In this document: positions 51,680-64,000 of the stretch, piece after piece
Layout: every line of letters begins with the position of its first letter
Numbering within the stretch: the stretch's first letter is position 1
Assembly (NCBI GenBank): GCA_964187785.1
Contig: OZ076412.1
Coordinates: 65,224,001 to 65,288,000, forward strand
Reading direction: 5' to 3'
DNA: 64,000 bases
Origin: Amphiscolops sp. MND2022
Taxonomy: Eukaryota
Notes under the pieces: model-generated
The model's input: only the letters and a program-made list of their open reading frames with translations
Databases searched by the model: none
Told to the model about the DNA's origin: nothing
Position numbers and translations under genes: made by a program

Positions 51680-54600
51680 GGGTCTGAAACAATATTTTTC
51701 TCCTCTAGGGCTCAGTTTATCATTTCTTTCATCATTTTGAGATGTTTCGGGCACGGTATTATGATCTCCCACATTTGAAGGACTTTGCGCATCAATTAGG
51801 TTGAAAGAATTTTTTCCGTAAAATTTGCGTCGTTTTTTCCTGGTTTTTGGCGAATCCAGTAAAATTGCTTCTTGGGTTTTGGCATAAATGGACTAATCCG
51901 GCCAATCAAAGTTTTCATTTCTAGTCGCTTCGTTAACCTCATTTCTTTTGCTGACGTCATCGTTTAGCATTTCATTTCGTCGTCCCGTTGTCTCGTTGAC
52001 GTCTTTTAAATCGTCTCATGCTGTTATTTAATCCATCTCAACTTCCTCTGCGTCGTTTAGCTCGTCTTTTGACGATCCCAGTCGTTCGTCAATTGGCAAG
52101 TGAGTGGGCTGGCTCAATGATTATCTGATTAGTTTTCCGTAGTTGGATCTGTAGATCAGGTTTGTTGAATTTTTATTTTAGTAGAAAAAGTTTGAATTGT
52201 TATACTGGGTTCTGCGTTAGCGGGGTTTCGTCTATTTGCTTCTTTCTTTGCCCAATATTTTTCTCCAGTTTCGTCTTCGTCGGTCGTGTGAAAAAGTTGT
52301 TCTTCTTGCGTTACCCTAGCTGATTGAACGTTGATTTCAATTGGTAGGGTTTGCAGACCTTCGCGGATTTTCATGACCAATTTGTCTTTTGGATCCGCTT
52401 CTAGAAGGGATAGGTAATCTGCCGCTGTGTTGCGAGCTCCTGGTATGTGAGCTACGACAAAATTGAATTGTGTAACATAATCACAAGCATTCCACAGGGC
52501 TGGGGGTACGTACGATTTTTTGTTTGGAAAGTTGCGTCACAGCTTTGTTGTCAGTAAGGATTATTACCGGTTTAGGCGCTCCCCAGAAGATATGTCCAAA
52601 TTATTTGAAGGCAAAATATATCGCAAGAACTTCTTTTTTGTATATTGACACCTTGATTTGTGCTGGGTGAAAACCGTGCTGGGTTTGCGGATCGAAGTGA
52701 ATTTTTGGTTAGAATCGTCTTCTATGAGGACTGCATATTCCAGCAGCAGCGAAACTCTATCTGTCATTAGGGCGATTTGTTTGTTAGGAAAATGTTGCTG
52801 AAGGGCTAGGTTGCAACATTTGTCGAGCGCTTCATCAATTTCCTCGAATTGTTGGACAAATTCATTAGTTACTATGAAGTTTTCTTGACAATTGAGTATC
52901 TTGTAGAATGGGGCTAGGCGTTCGGACAATCTCGGGACATTATTGGGATAATACTTCAGAAATCCTAAATAACGTTCTAAAGCCTTTTTCGACTTCGGAA
53001 AGTTATTCTTCTCGAGAAATCTCCAAACATTTTTTTCGGGGTTCAACTCCTTGAGGGGAGAAGGTCCTCCCAAGGAAATCAATTTCTGTTGCTCCAAAAT
53101 GACATTTGTGCATTGTCAGTTTAAGGCCTGCCTCTTGAATGCATTTGAAGGTTGCGCTCAGGTTGGCTATGAGGTGGTTGGCATCATTGGCTGCAATGCC
53201 AATGTCGTCCACATTTTGAGCACATTGATCCGCTTTTAGAACTTTGTCGAGGTATTCCCTCATGAAGCTCGAGATTGCGGAAAGTGCCGGGCTACGGCCT
53301 TGAGCAAAACTTCTGTAGGCAAAAATGCGACTAGCGAAGTTGAATGTCAACACCTCTATTGATATTGGTCGGCCAACTGTAAGCAGTGATATGCCTGTGA
53401 ACAGTCGAGTTTGCAGAAAAGTTTCTTTCCTGCCATGTGTTGGGCAGCATCGGTGAAAGTGCTAACGGATGATTATTGTTGATGTAATTGTCCGAAATTA
53501 GGTTGTTGATTTTTCGCAAGTTGACTAATATTCGGAGTTTCCCGTTTATCTTTTTCTGCGCAAATATTGGGCTTGCATATTGCGAGAATGGAAGCAATGG
53601 AAGTAATTATGATGTATATGTGTAGCATGGCAATTTCGACGAGTATGTCTTCCTTAAGGTTGATTGGTGCTGCAAGAATCTGACTGTAGGCTGGAGAATT
53701 GTCCTTAGGAGTCAATTTCACTTTGAACTTTTCAGTCATGCCGATATCAAATTGGTGTCCCGCAAAAATGTCATGAAAGTCCACTAATAACTTTCTTCAA
53801 TTCGGGCTATTTCAACACGCTCAAGCGTGGAATCTTTTCAATCAAAGTTGTCAAGGAAGTTCGTCCTGGATTCTGCATCCTTCGTGGGATCTGGGATTTC
53901 CGGGTCTTGTAGGACTTGTAATTCTTCCAGGATGCATTTCTGGATAAACATGGGGTTCCTGGATTCTCTGGGGTAAGAAACCAGTAGTTTCCAGAGTTCT
54001 GGAGATTTTTGTAATGAGACTACTGACGTAATGGGCAGCTTGTTCCTGGTCGTTTGTAATAAGTGCCAAGTTGACGCTGGGTCAACAGGTTTGACATACT
54101 TCATTTGTTCCGGAGTCATGATGGAAAAGTTGGCAATATAAAGTCTCTTCTTGGGTTTGTAATGGTGATCTGGAAAGTTTTTGACTGGTATTTGAATATT
54201 GCCATCTTTCAGGGTAAGTAGCGCTGGCCAAAAGTAATGTTACCTTGCTCATGTAATAGGTAACTCGGTTGGAGTTTGCCAGTTTCAGAGTTTTCAGGAT
54301 ACCATTGGGAATTTGTCCTAACTAGGACTCTATCGTTCGGTGGAATGGTAATTTCGGTCGGATTGAGTATCGGTTCAAGGACATTGGATTACCAATGATC
54401 AGCCGCTTTGAGCTGCATCGTGAAGAATGGGAAGTTCACAATGCCTTGCCTCGTATGAAGAAATGTATGGTTTCTCTGAACGAACAGTCCAATTTTTGTT
54501 TCCTTTAGATTCTCCATTACGATGAAAATTTCATAGAACTCAGTGTCACCAACCTCAAATTTTAATTAAATGGTACTTTTAAAGGGGGGGCTTTTACATA

Positions 54601-56750
54601 GTCACTAGTGACCATTATTTGCAAGTTTGGATGAGGACCTTCTCGGATAACTGATTGCGGAGAGAGTAGACGAATTTTCCGTATGTCCATTTCAGAAATT
54701 GCACTGGATAAAGCCCCAGTGTCGATTAGGCGGTCTATGGTTAGTTCCCCAAAGTCCATTGGGAAGTACAGCATGCGTTTCTTGCATTTGAGGTTGATAT
54801 TCGTACGTTACGATACATATGCCGCAAAAGTGGAAAAACCATCAAGTGTAAAGTGTCTTTTCCGTATAACGAAAGCGAACCGTATTCTAGTCAAACAGTG
54901 CATCGTGTTCATCATAGATTGTGATGCACAGTGTAATCAGAAATTGCGGGTTGTGATCATTGAGCAAACGTAGAGATAAGTGGAAACCAGTAAAGATTTT
55001 TGGTTCATACCGTGAGTAAAAATAACTCCGAACGGTGCTTCCATTCGTGTGTGAAGTGGAAATCAGTCAAAGTACGTAAGTGTAGAGAGTGTAGAGTTGT
55101 CATTTACTGAATTTTGATAACTACGCGTATCGCCAAATCACACAGTGTATTGAACAAAACTAGTAACGCGTATCGGCATATATATCGTAATGTAGAGAGT
55201 AGTATACAGTCGGTTTCACCTTCTTTGGCGACCAGACTGTTTTGATATTTCATTTTATCTAATAGGGAATGGTGTCTGTTGTAGACTCACTTTTCTCAGT
55301 TCCTAATGATTTAGGAAGACATAATGGTGTGTGACATCTTTCATTTGCCAGTTTTCAATAAGGTCCTGGTTTTCTTATTGTGAGTTATTGGAAAATATTT
55401 CGTGGGCTGATCTCCGGTAGAGTTCAATTTCATTAAGGACGTGCTGGAATTGCAGAAAGTTCTGGTTGTAGATTCTAGTGTCCCAAAAGGGATTTCTGCC
55501 AAAAATTGGATCGATTTATGTTGGGTTTTAGTTATCAATGAGGGGAATGGGCCTGATTAAAGAGGAATTAGTTTTAGGTGTAAATGGGTGTTGTTGGAGG
55601 TGATAAGAATTGCTTTTTGCATCTGTTGCTGCCAGACGACAGGAGTATACCCCATCATTTGTTGTTGGTAACCATGAAAAGTTTTTTTTGGAGGATCAGA
55701 TTTGACAAATTGTCTGAAATACTAGATGGTGGTGGTGTTCGAGTCGTGGCGAAACTAGTCTTTTGAATCATCATCCTTTGTTGTGGACTGGAAGTTGGGC
55801 GATGTGGAGTTATGGGTAGCTTTCGCTGCTTTGGAGTTTGGGTTGCTATCCAAAGAGTCTTCAGGCCTGGTACGTTGGGTCTTGAGATGCGCACCTGCAC
55901 CCTGCCATCATCGTTCTTCAGGGTGATTTGTCTTTCCACATGTCCCACACTTACGGTAAGTTTTTCTTTTGAGTTGGTTTGCCATTTTGGGCATCCTTCA
56001 CCTTCTTCTTTCTGAATTTCACAGTCTTTGACCATATGACCCTTTTCCTTGCAAAAATTGCAGACGAAATCGGTAAGTAACCCATTCCTCAAGAGCGTTA
56101 GACTCCAATTCCCTCTCAAGATGGGCAACAGTTTCGTCATGAGAACCATTTTCAAGTTCGGCCATGTCGACTGATCTCTTGCTTTTAGGGGCAATTTTGC
56201 GTAAAGGAGACTGTCTATTATACTTTGGGGTTTGTATCCTAATGCTTTTTCTGCCCCTTGATTCATCTCTTTGAGAAAATCTGGTAGTTTCATCGTATTG
56301 GGGTCAAACACCAGACGGTGCCATTTTGATTGGCAGTCGCTTGGGATTCGGTTTTGACGTATTTTAGTCCGAAGATTAACAGTACGTCATCGAGAGTTTG
56401 TCTATTACTTGTATTGATGTTCAGGATTGTTTGTAGGGCTCCTTGGCGAAGGAGTGAATGCAAATGGTTAAATTTCATCTGAACTGTCGGTTGCATTTCG
56501 ATCATTGTGTGAATTAAGTCTTCAAATAGCTCAAACGTCTCGTTTTTTTTCCGTGAAAGGTCATTGTACTAGAGTTGACTGGACAAATAGTGGGTTGTTG
56601 AGCTGAGGGCGCTTCTGTATGCTAGTCAGTACATCGGCTAGTCTGTGAAATGGGTCTTGTGTGGTCATTCGAGTGTCTTGTTCTGGAGCGTGTAATGTCG
56701 CGTCAAGGATGAATGAATCATTGTGATCACATTTGGACGGACAGATTCAC
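51680..56750 (-). pseudogene. Gypsy-Y gag-PR-RT-RNase H (integrase core deleted)
   Basis: CNFCKEKGHMVKDC zinc knuckle, LIDTGALSSAI, QNVDDIGI and RNase H (NTAADYLS); the pol tail follows without an integrase core. Confidence 0.9.
54806..55192. mobile_element. Tc1/mariner-type MITE (387 bp)
   Basis: 19-bp TIR cRttacgataYatatgccg; TA duplicated at 54804-54805 and 55193-55194; removing it restores ..LLSTNINLKCKKRM. Confidence 0.9.
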
Positions 56751-56759
56751 ATGGGGAAC

Positions 56760-57066
56760 TGTTCTATACGTCGAACATTCATTTCATCGAACGCGTATTA
56801 ATTTAGAGAGCATGGTATGACGTAATGGAATGAATTGACTGTGGCCGAGCAAATTCGAGCATTCATAATTACGATAACGTTTTCGGCTATGTTCACATAC
56901 TCCTAGTGCCCTAAATGCAGGAGCGAAGCATTTGAAAATTCGTCAAAGTGAAGTTGCTACGCAATCTTGTAATGACTATTCGCAGCTCGTTACAGTCCTT
57001 GGATGTAATTACAATAATGTATGCTTTAGTTTATTACCATTCAGTGAGTGTAAATAGCTGGGAACA
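56760..57066 (+). repeat. LTR-like repeat Y, copy 2 (internally deleted)
   Basis: TGTTC...GAACA; about 170 bp shorter than copy 1. Confidence 0.65.
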
Positions 57067-57311
57067 CTCTAAATCGGTACCCAAGACAATCTGGAAAATC
57101 TAACAAAACTGAAGAAACAGAGAATGAAGAAGTGCTTGTGTAGCTTTGTAAAACATACACATACAATAGTTGAAGGAGACTCGATCATGGCGTTTGTAAT
57201 TATTCTGTGACAGTATACGAATACGAATTTACAAAAGCACCACTTTGCCCTTCTCAACTTCACGGATATAACACACTTCACGGATTACTTCCAGCAAATA
57301 TTTTTGGGTAT

Positions 57312-57965
57312 TGTAATGAGCATTCTTCGCACCTTCATTTCTATTTAGATTTCGGGGAAACTCTCTCGAACTACTTCTAATTTTGCCGTTGAAAGTTTCT
57401 TCGGATCTGCATTCTGGTCGCTCAACCGGGACGTTCCTTTCAATGTGAGGCATCTGTCCTGGTCGGGACCTAAGGACCTAAGAGAAGCCTGTATTTGAGG
57501 CCTTACTTGCTCATTAATTGCTTCACTTGTGGCCCCTGAATCTGCGCACTCATGCTACTCATCAAGTCATTCATTTCTTCATTGATCCTTTGATTCAACT
57601 CCCCTGACATTCTATTGATTTCGCTACTAGAATCAGCTCCTCTTGAGTCTGAATTCGAGGTCTTCATTTGAACTCGTTTCCGTACTTCTACGCAATCATT
57701 CACTTTGCATTGCAACTGTAATTTTACAGCTAATTGTACATTCCTACGCCGTAAGCAATTCACTCATCAATTCGGATAATCTAGCAACTGTTAACTGGCT
57801 AATAGTGTATAACATCAAATTGTATTATAAACACTAATAAATGGGAGATCAAGTTCCATTTCAAAGTTTATAGAGTTTTAATACATTGGTATTGTACCTG
57901 TTCGGCTTCCTGCCCAACTGCTGAAGTTGTAATCCTCGTACCGTCACATGCGGCAGCCTGCGACA
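57312..57965 (-). repeat. LTR-like repeat Z, copy 2 (about 1.1 kb deleted)
   Basis: Homology to 48339-48680 and 49750-50048. Confidence 0.65.
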
Positions 57966-57989
57966 GGTATCCACAACAATTCAAAGTTT

Positions 57990-58380
57990 TTCGGTTTGTG
58001 ACTACTTTCCCTAAGGTACTTTGTATTCTGCGGACCTCGCCATCGTTTTCGCACTTGTTCGTACCATGAGGCTGTGACCTGGCAACCCATGTTTCTTATA
58101 TTACGCCCATTAAGTTTGAGTTTCATTCGGTTTTCGCCAATTGGTAATATGGTTGCCGAATGCCTTGAATGAATGGCCTTTCAAAACAAATGTACGAATT
58201 TAAAAGCGTTCTCAAATTTAGAGCCTTTCGTCTGTTTTCAGATCAGGGCAGTGGAGTCGATGTCAGTGCTGAAATCGTCGGATTCTCGCTGGCTGATCGG
58301 GTTATCCACAAAATTACGCTTGTTTAGCATAGCAGATTTAGTTGTATTTAGATTTTCATTCTTGTGTCTGTTCTAGGATC
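57990..58380 (-). pseudogene. Possible fragment of another Gypsy gag/protease
   Basis: MKLKLNGRNIRNMGCQVT resembles a degenerate DTG context. Confidence 0.3.
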
Positions 58381-59841
58381 TGTTATCGTTTTTGGTGTTA
58401 AACGCCGAGCTATATTCTCGGTGGAAAACTCAGTAGTATCACATAGAAATAAGGCTCCGGGCAAGCATAAACGTTTCATTTTTTTACCATAGCTTTTGTT
58501 TTTACAGATGACATTTTAGTGATGACCTGCAGTATCTAGCACATTTTCATCACTAAGAAATTCTGTAACCAATAATTTCCCGAAGTTTTTTCCCAAATTG
58601 AGGACGTTTCGAATTCATTTTCGAATTACATGTTGCGCAACGCCAACCCGACGACTTTCGACAATTCCCCAGTGAACTGCGGGCCAAATTTAGGCAGCTT
58701 CGCGTAGCATGACATTCCGACCCTCGTGGACAAGACGTATGAACAAACTTTTTTTCATGTCCTTTAGTTTAACTAGTTTTTTGTCAAATTATTTTCACCA
58801 AGTCAAAAAGCAGTAACTTGTCTCTCTATGTGGAGGAAGTTTGACATTTCAGCTGTGTTGTCATTTTCAACCGATTGTACTAAAATTTAATGCAACATTT
58901 TTTCTTATAGTTCACCTAAAACATGATGAACGGCATGATCAAGCAAATATTAGCCAGTGTGTCGTTTTTGTTGCGATTTTTAAACAGAAAAAATCCAAAG
59001 TATTTCAAGCGAATGTTTCTAGACGTTTCAGAGAAATCTTTAGAAAATCCGCCCATTATCTATATCCAAAACCTTTTAACAAAAAACGCAAAGAAATGAA
59101 TCGACATTTTTAAAGCCTAGAATTGTCGAAAACACAAATCTTATACCCAAAACACCAAAAAACACTATAAGCGGAGAACATTTTCCCCCATTGACTCCGA
59201 ATAAGCAGAGCTGCTCTGGTAAATAAATTGCAGCGAACTGGTCACACTTCAGCCAGTTTGATACTGCGGTTTCAAAATTACTTACGCAAGGTGTTCAAGG
59301 TCCGACTGTTCAGCGTTGTCCTTATTTTTGTTTTTTTTTCTCCGCCAAATGAATTTTTTGCCATGAACATACCATTAGGTATGTATACCAGTAACATATA
59401 CCAGTATACCATGTCCCAGCTTCATAATATTTTTGCAGTTTGTCCGAGTTATTTGGATCAACAAATGAGTGGAGTGCTGCGGCTGGTGAAGTTAGCTAGA
59501 ACTATGTTTCAAAGTCTTTCAAGATCTAAGCATGGGTTCATGCATGAGACATTCCGATATGTTCTTGATGCAATATTGTAACTTCTAATATTACAAGTTG
59601 AAAATCTTCTTGGCGATCAATTTGTGTAATCAAGCTTAAGAATTCTTGTATTTAAAATATTGATGGATTTAGGCATGCTTGAATGAGATGTTTTCTTTTC
59701 TTTTTATACTTGAAAGTTTTTTCTTTAACTTTCTCAGCAGGTTCGCTAATTTCATTTCCTGAGATGACAATAAAAGGTTAAAACAAAATTCGAAAGTCAG
59801 AAAATTTCCAGGTTGAAAACAAATTGAAGACAGTGACTTAC

Positions 59842-60072
59842 TCTGTAGCAATTAGACGATCTTCAGAGTTGTATAAACAAAGACTTGTGTAAGGAACATC
59901 GATTTCGTCATGTTCTGGGTCAGTAGTAGCATGGCAAAGTTCAAACTGCCAGACGTCGTCGGGCCGAAGATAACAAATGAGAATAGCTGGGCTGAGATTT
60001 TCAGCGACGGTGTAATACGCAATGCGTCTCACACTGGCAGCGCTGGTGTAGTGTTCGCTGTTTTGATCGTCA
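59842..60072 (-). CDS. Candidate host exon (231 nt, symmetric phase 2)
   Basis: ttacAG acceptor, GTAAGT donor and a fully open frame DDQNSEHYTSAASVRRIAYY..SEDRLIAT. Confidence 0.5.
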
Positions 60073-60284
60073 CTGTAATTTATTCATTGATTTTTTCAAG
60101 ACGAAAAACAAAGGTGAATGCCTCAATTGAAAAAGAAATCTTGAAAACCAATATTTGAGGTGAATCAGAATACTGCAGGACTTTCGATTACTGACAAGGC
60201 TATCGCCGCAAAATACTTTCATGGATCTGCGGCACCTAATCAAATAAAGCGACACTTATGTCGGACGCTTCTTTACTTTGGGAT

Positions 60285-60830
60285 ACCCTAGTTGAGACTG
60301 CTTGAACTTTTTACCTGCTGCAGGCCTGCATGCAGGGTAATTTTTCATAAAACCTAGAAAATTCAGTATGCATCCGCTGGTAAATCTCGTAGAATTACAC
60401 TGCATTTTCCAGTGCATTTTCCACTGCATTTTCCTACTGCAATTAAATTTGAAAATATTTCCTTCTTCTTTATGGACATGATCACGTTTTATTCACACAT
60501 TAATTTCTCAACTACTCATCTGATTTAACCACCGCTTCTCAAATAGGACGCTGAAGATGACGCTAGTTTACTGTTTACATTGTGAATGAAATTAAATTAC
60601 ATTGAAATGGCGGCAAAATTGTGAACGTCTCAGATGCATTTAAAATTAGAACTGATGCATAATAAAACTAGCAGAACTTCACGGCTTGAAATTGCCGCCA
60701 GAACGTTGACGATTCTTTGAAGCAGCTTGAAAAAGGTTGATGACAACAGGGAAATAATAACGCATTGAAGTTTTCGTAAGAGATTTAGAAAATCATTGAA
60801 AAAGTTGCTGGCAACTTTAAAGAACATATA
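60285..60830 (-). repeat. Dispersed repeat with exon-like ORFs, copy 2
   Basis: Homologous to 15660-16200. Confidence 0.75.
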
Positions 60831-61559
60831 AAAAGTTCAAGCAAGTCCAACAAGGGTACCCTAGTCGAGGTTGCTTGAAGTTTTTTTTGTAGAATTACAA
60901 CGTAACTTGCACAAATTCAATTAACTATTTGTTTTCACGCTTACGTTTCTCAAGTAAATATTATATGTAATTACTAGGGCGATAAAAAATTGACTGTATT
61001 TTACGTTTTTGGACGTAAAAACTAGACCTTATTTATGGGAAAAGTATACCTTATTTATTACACCTGTCAAATTTTAGGATATTGATGGAACATTGAATTA
61101 AACCAACTTTTTAAAAGTGCTTTGCCTTAGAAAATGATCTCGCTACGTCAGCACTACCCTGGTCGAAGTTGCCGCGAAGTTTTACAGGCACCTTCAAAAA
61201 ATGCCGGCTAATTTTTTATAAAACTTGGAAAATTCAGGGACTATGCCTGGAAAATTTTTGTAAAATTAAAAGGCTACTTATAAAATTTTGCAAAATTACA
61301 AGGCAACTTGGAAAATGCTGGCAGCATTTCAAGGTGCTTCTAAAAAAATTCCCTACAACCTATAAAACATTTTTATAGAAGAAGAAGAAGTTTATTTAAC
61401 TGGATAGCATGAAACAAAATAATACAAATAATTAATTATCTATCATTCAAATTATCCAGTTAGGACACCAGATGAGCATAATTGCTCTTCGAGCTAGTGC
61501 CCTTTTTGCATATAGTAGAAGCACCAACTTGCATGCTATCTTGATCGATTAAATGTTTT

Positions 61560-63000
61560 AGGCACAAAAATAGAGACAAAAAAGTTCTTTATTGTCAGTG
61601 GTGTATAGGTCGTTAACAAGTTTTAGATGTTTTTTCAATTGCTCTTGGCTTAAATTTAGCAAGTTAGGGTGTATTAGGTTCAATTCAGTCAACCAATTAT
61701 AAGCTTTCATTAATGAATTTGCTAAGCATTTTTTCTTGACTACAGTTCGATCTATAAAATCCATGTGTCACCTCAAAAACACTCAAAACGATCTTTTAAT
61801 TTGAACTCAATTCTCATTTTGTAGTGGGTTGCGCGTTTTGGATCAGGTTATACTCTGCAGGTCCCAGATCTCCACCGCCCTGCATGGTATCAACCAATCC
61901 ATAATTCCTCACCAATCGCGAGTTTGAAAATTCGAGAATCCCGACGGGATCAATTTGAAAATGAGCTACATTTGAATGATTTGGTCAATGCGATACGCAG
62001 TTTTTTGGCATAATTCCATAAATTCGATTTCGATGCAATGGTTCTCTAAAGCAGATTTTGCATTTTCAACAATTGTTCCTGATCCGTCGAAACGCAAAAC
62101 TATCTCTCTGACGTCTTTGTAATTATCAGCGTAAAGCATTGCAGTGGACAGTTAGGTACACCATCTTGTCAGAATTGGCGAGGGCGGCTTGCTGATTGAA
62201 TTGAACAGCTGTTCATGCTGTTTGCTTCTAACCGTAGCCGCTCTTATGGAACTGATAACTTCGTTGACGGCTGGAAAGTGATCTCTGACCTTCTCAGCCA
62301 AATTGTGAACTAATTGCGCAAGAGAAGTAACATCACGAATGCGTGGATTCATGACAGCTAGCGTATTGGCACAGTTCATCATCATGTTTGGAGTCGCATC
62401 AGATAAAACAAGCAAATTACTCTCTTTTTAAACTCAATTGTTCGTATAGTATCATTACTTCAGCGTTCCGGAAGGTACAACTTGGCTAGCTACTAGGTGC
62501 GACATAGATAGCGCTTCGAGGTATCCCATCATCGTGTTCACAAGATTTGTCCCGGTGCATTCGGTTTCATCGCAGATAATGAACATCTTTTTGCCGGACA
62601 GTTTTTCTTTTATCCGAGATAATTTTTTTGATGAGGGCACAAATTCTCTTGCAAAGTTAACAGAGGGGGGTTGTTCCTTCAATCAACTGGTTCATGCTTG
62701 AATGTCGTAATTTATTTAACGGAATGTTCATTTCAATCAAACGTTTTACCAAAAACGCCTTAAAGTTGTCTTGTCCAATTGTAAGAAAACGTTGCTTTGC
62801 AGAACTTGATCCTCTTTTTTTTTGTTCGAAATATTTTTGTGCGAAATTGATTTTCGATGTGTTTCGACATGAAAAGTTTTTTCGCACATAACATTTTTTT
62901 CGTAGAGTAAAGAAAATAATACATCGTCTGGAGCGATTCGGAATTCATCTAGATTACGAAATCTTTCGATTTTTGACTTAATGACGAGTAACTTTCCGGG
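61560..63000 (-). pseudogene. hAT-superfamily transposase of the CGGBP1-like/DUF659 type
   Basis: Degenerate BED-like finger (CEKTFHVETHRKS), IICDET, LSDATPNM, degenerate CxxH motif (TSLAQLVHNLAE) and PPSPILTRW. Confidence 0.8.
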
Positions 63001-63196
63001 ATCGAAAATAATATTGATGACAAGATTGTGTCAACTATAAAGGAATGATTTTAGAAACGATGAACGAATATAAACGCTGAGGTTCAAATATTGACAGACT
63101 GGCTAAGTTAATTTACATTTGCCTAAAACAAATTCTCAGGAATGTGAGTGAAATGTTGATAAATTCAATGTTTACAGTCTGGTTATATTACATGGG

Positions 63197-63600
63197 TGTC
63201 ATGCCAGCATGATGGAAATGTAATCTACTTGATATCTGTAATGTAAATACTATGTATTATGTACTTAGATATGGAGTCATATGGAGTACTTATGATATGG
63301 AGTACTAAGCAATATGGAGTCATATAATAAGAGCTATGGTTGTGAGCAACCCTACGTTATTTGTAGCTAAATTCCCTTCCCCCCTGAGTGTGAGTCATAT
63401 ATATTTACTTACTACTGAGCGCTCTAGTTCCGGTGTCCGCATAAGTGATCATGCCCATAGCAATGAAGTGCTATGATTTCTAAATATTGGCGTGTCACGA
63501 CAAGGGAGAGAAGTTTTCCGGTCAAACTGGACCGAAGGATAGAAAAGAGATGAAGTGCGTCACTTCTATAAGCTCCCGCCTCAGAGCGACAGTCGTGACA
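63197..63600 (+). repeat. Possible solo LTR containing 4x atatggagt
   Basis: TGTCATG...CGTGACA termini resemble the Gypsy-X LTR start; no TSD seen. Confidence 0.35.
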
Positions 63601-63691
63601 GCTCATAATCCCAGAGTTACCAATACTAGTTTATGCAGTCGTACTTGAGGAAAAACTCATCTTTTCCTCATCCACTGAATCATTTACTTAC

Positions 63692-63815
63692 TGCTCACGC
63701 ATAAACCAGTGCTTGCAATTACACATCTCTAATCCATCAGCGGATTTGTCAACAAGCCTTGTCGATATTGTTTTACCAAAGTTCATCGCAAACTCATCCT
63801 CTATTTGCGAGTGAA
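63692..63815 (-). CDS. Candidate exon (124 nt)
   Basis: cacAG acceptor, GTAAGT donor and open frame HSQIEDEFAMNFGK..KSADGLEMCNCKHWFMRE. Confidence 0.3.
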
Positions 63816-64000
63816 CTGTGTGGGAGCATTTAGTTTATTTCATCACTAATCCATCAGCGGATTTCATGGGACTTTGAATTTCATTCAAAATCATAAATTC
63901 ATCGCTAGACTGTGCTTCAATAATTTCCAAATGCGCTTCTCATTTCTCAAGACTCATCGTTTATTCATCACATGACTAGGGAATTAGGGAAATGAGAGAG

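Noticed and set aside
59900-60000. P-loop/Polinton packaging ATPase-like FVIFGPTTSGS
   Set aside because: It lacks GKT/S and a Walker B motif, and the frame has stops; another frame forms a clean exon.
60000-60040. hAT-like THCVLHR motif
   Set aside because: Followed by a stop, with no other hAT motifs nearby.
63493-63600. 107-bp MITE with 9-bp inverted repeat tgtcacgac
   Set aside because: No TSD, and the repeat is short enough to arise by chance or be an LTR end.

Overview
AT-rich eukaryotic (probably marine invertebrate) genomic DNA made almost entirely of nested, decayed transposable elements. No prokaryotic systems, CRISPR arrays or intact RNA genes were found. The repeat styles remind me of acoel flatworm genomes, but this is unverified recall. 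Main components: (1) three Bel/Pao LTR elements: one with an internal fold-back inversion (3673-9790), one chimeric plus-strand copy (about 24225-31186), and one non-autonomous copy with triplicated unknown cargo ORFs (35471-42790). (2) A large minus-strand Gypsy element bounded by ~1.1-1.2 kb LTRs at 16464-17581 and 45178-46367, about 15 kb net after removing nested inserts. (3) A second Gypsy (about 48339-57965). (4) A CR1/L2-like LINE remnant, Helentron-type HINEs (some carrying tRNA-derived heads), MITEs, a CGGBP1-like hAT transposase remnant and a few host-like exons. Most notable: the large Gypsy carries, antisense to gag-pol and just inside its 3' LTR, a multi-exon gene of very roughly 800 codons with four phase-consistent GT-AG introns and no family I recognise. 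The second Gypsy also has a spliced antisense ORF in the equivalent position. In the large Gypsy, gag starts inside the LTR and reads through the PBS, and the second family's terminal repeat carries a similar gag-like ORF. All coordinates and divergences were read by eye.
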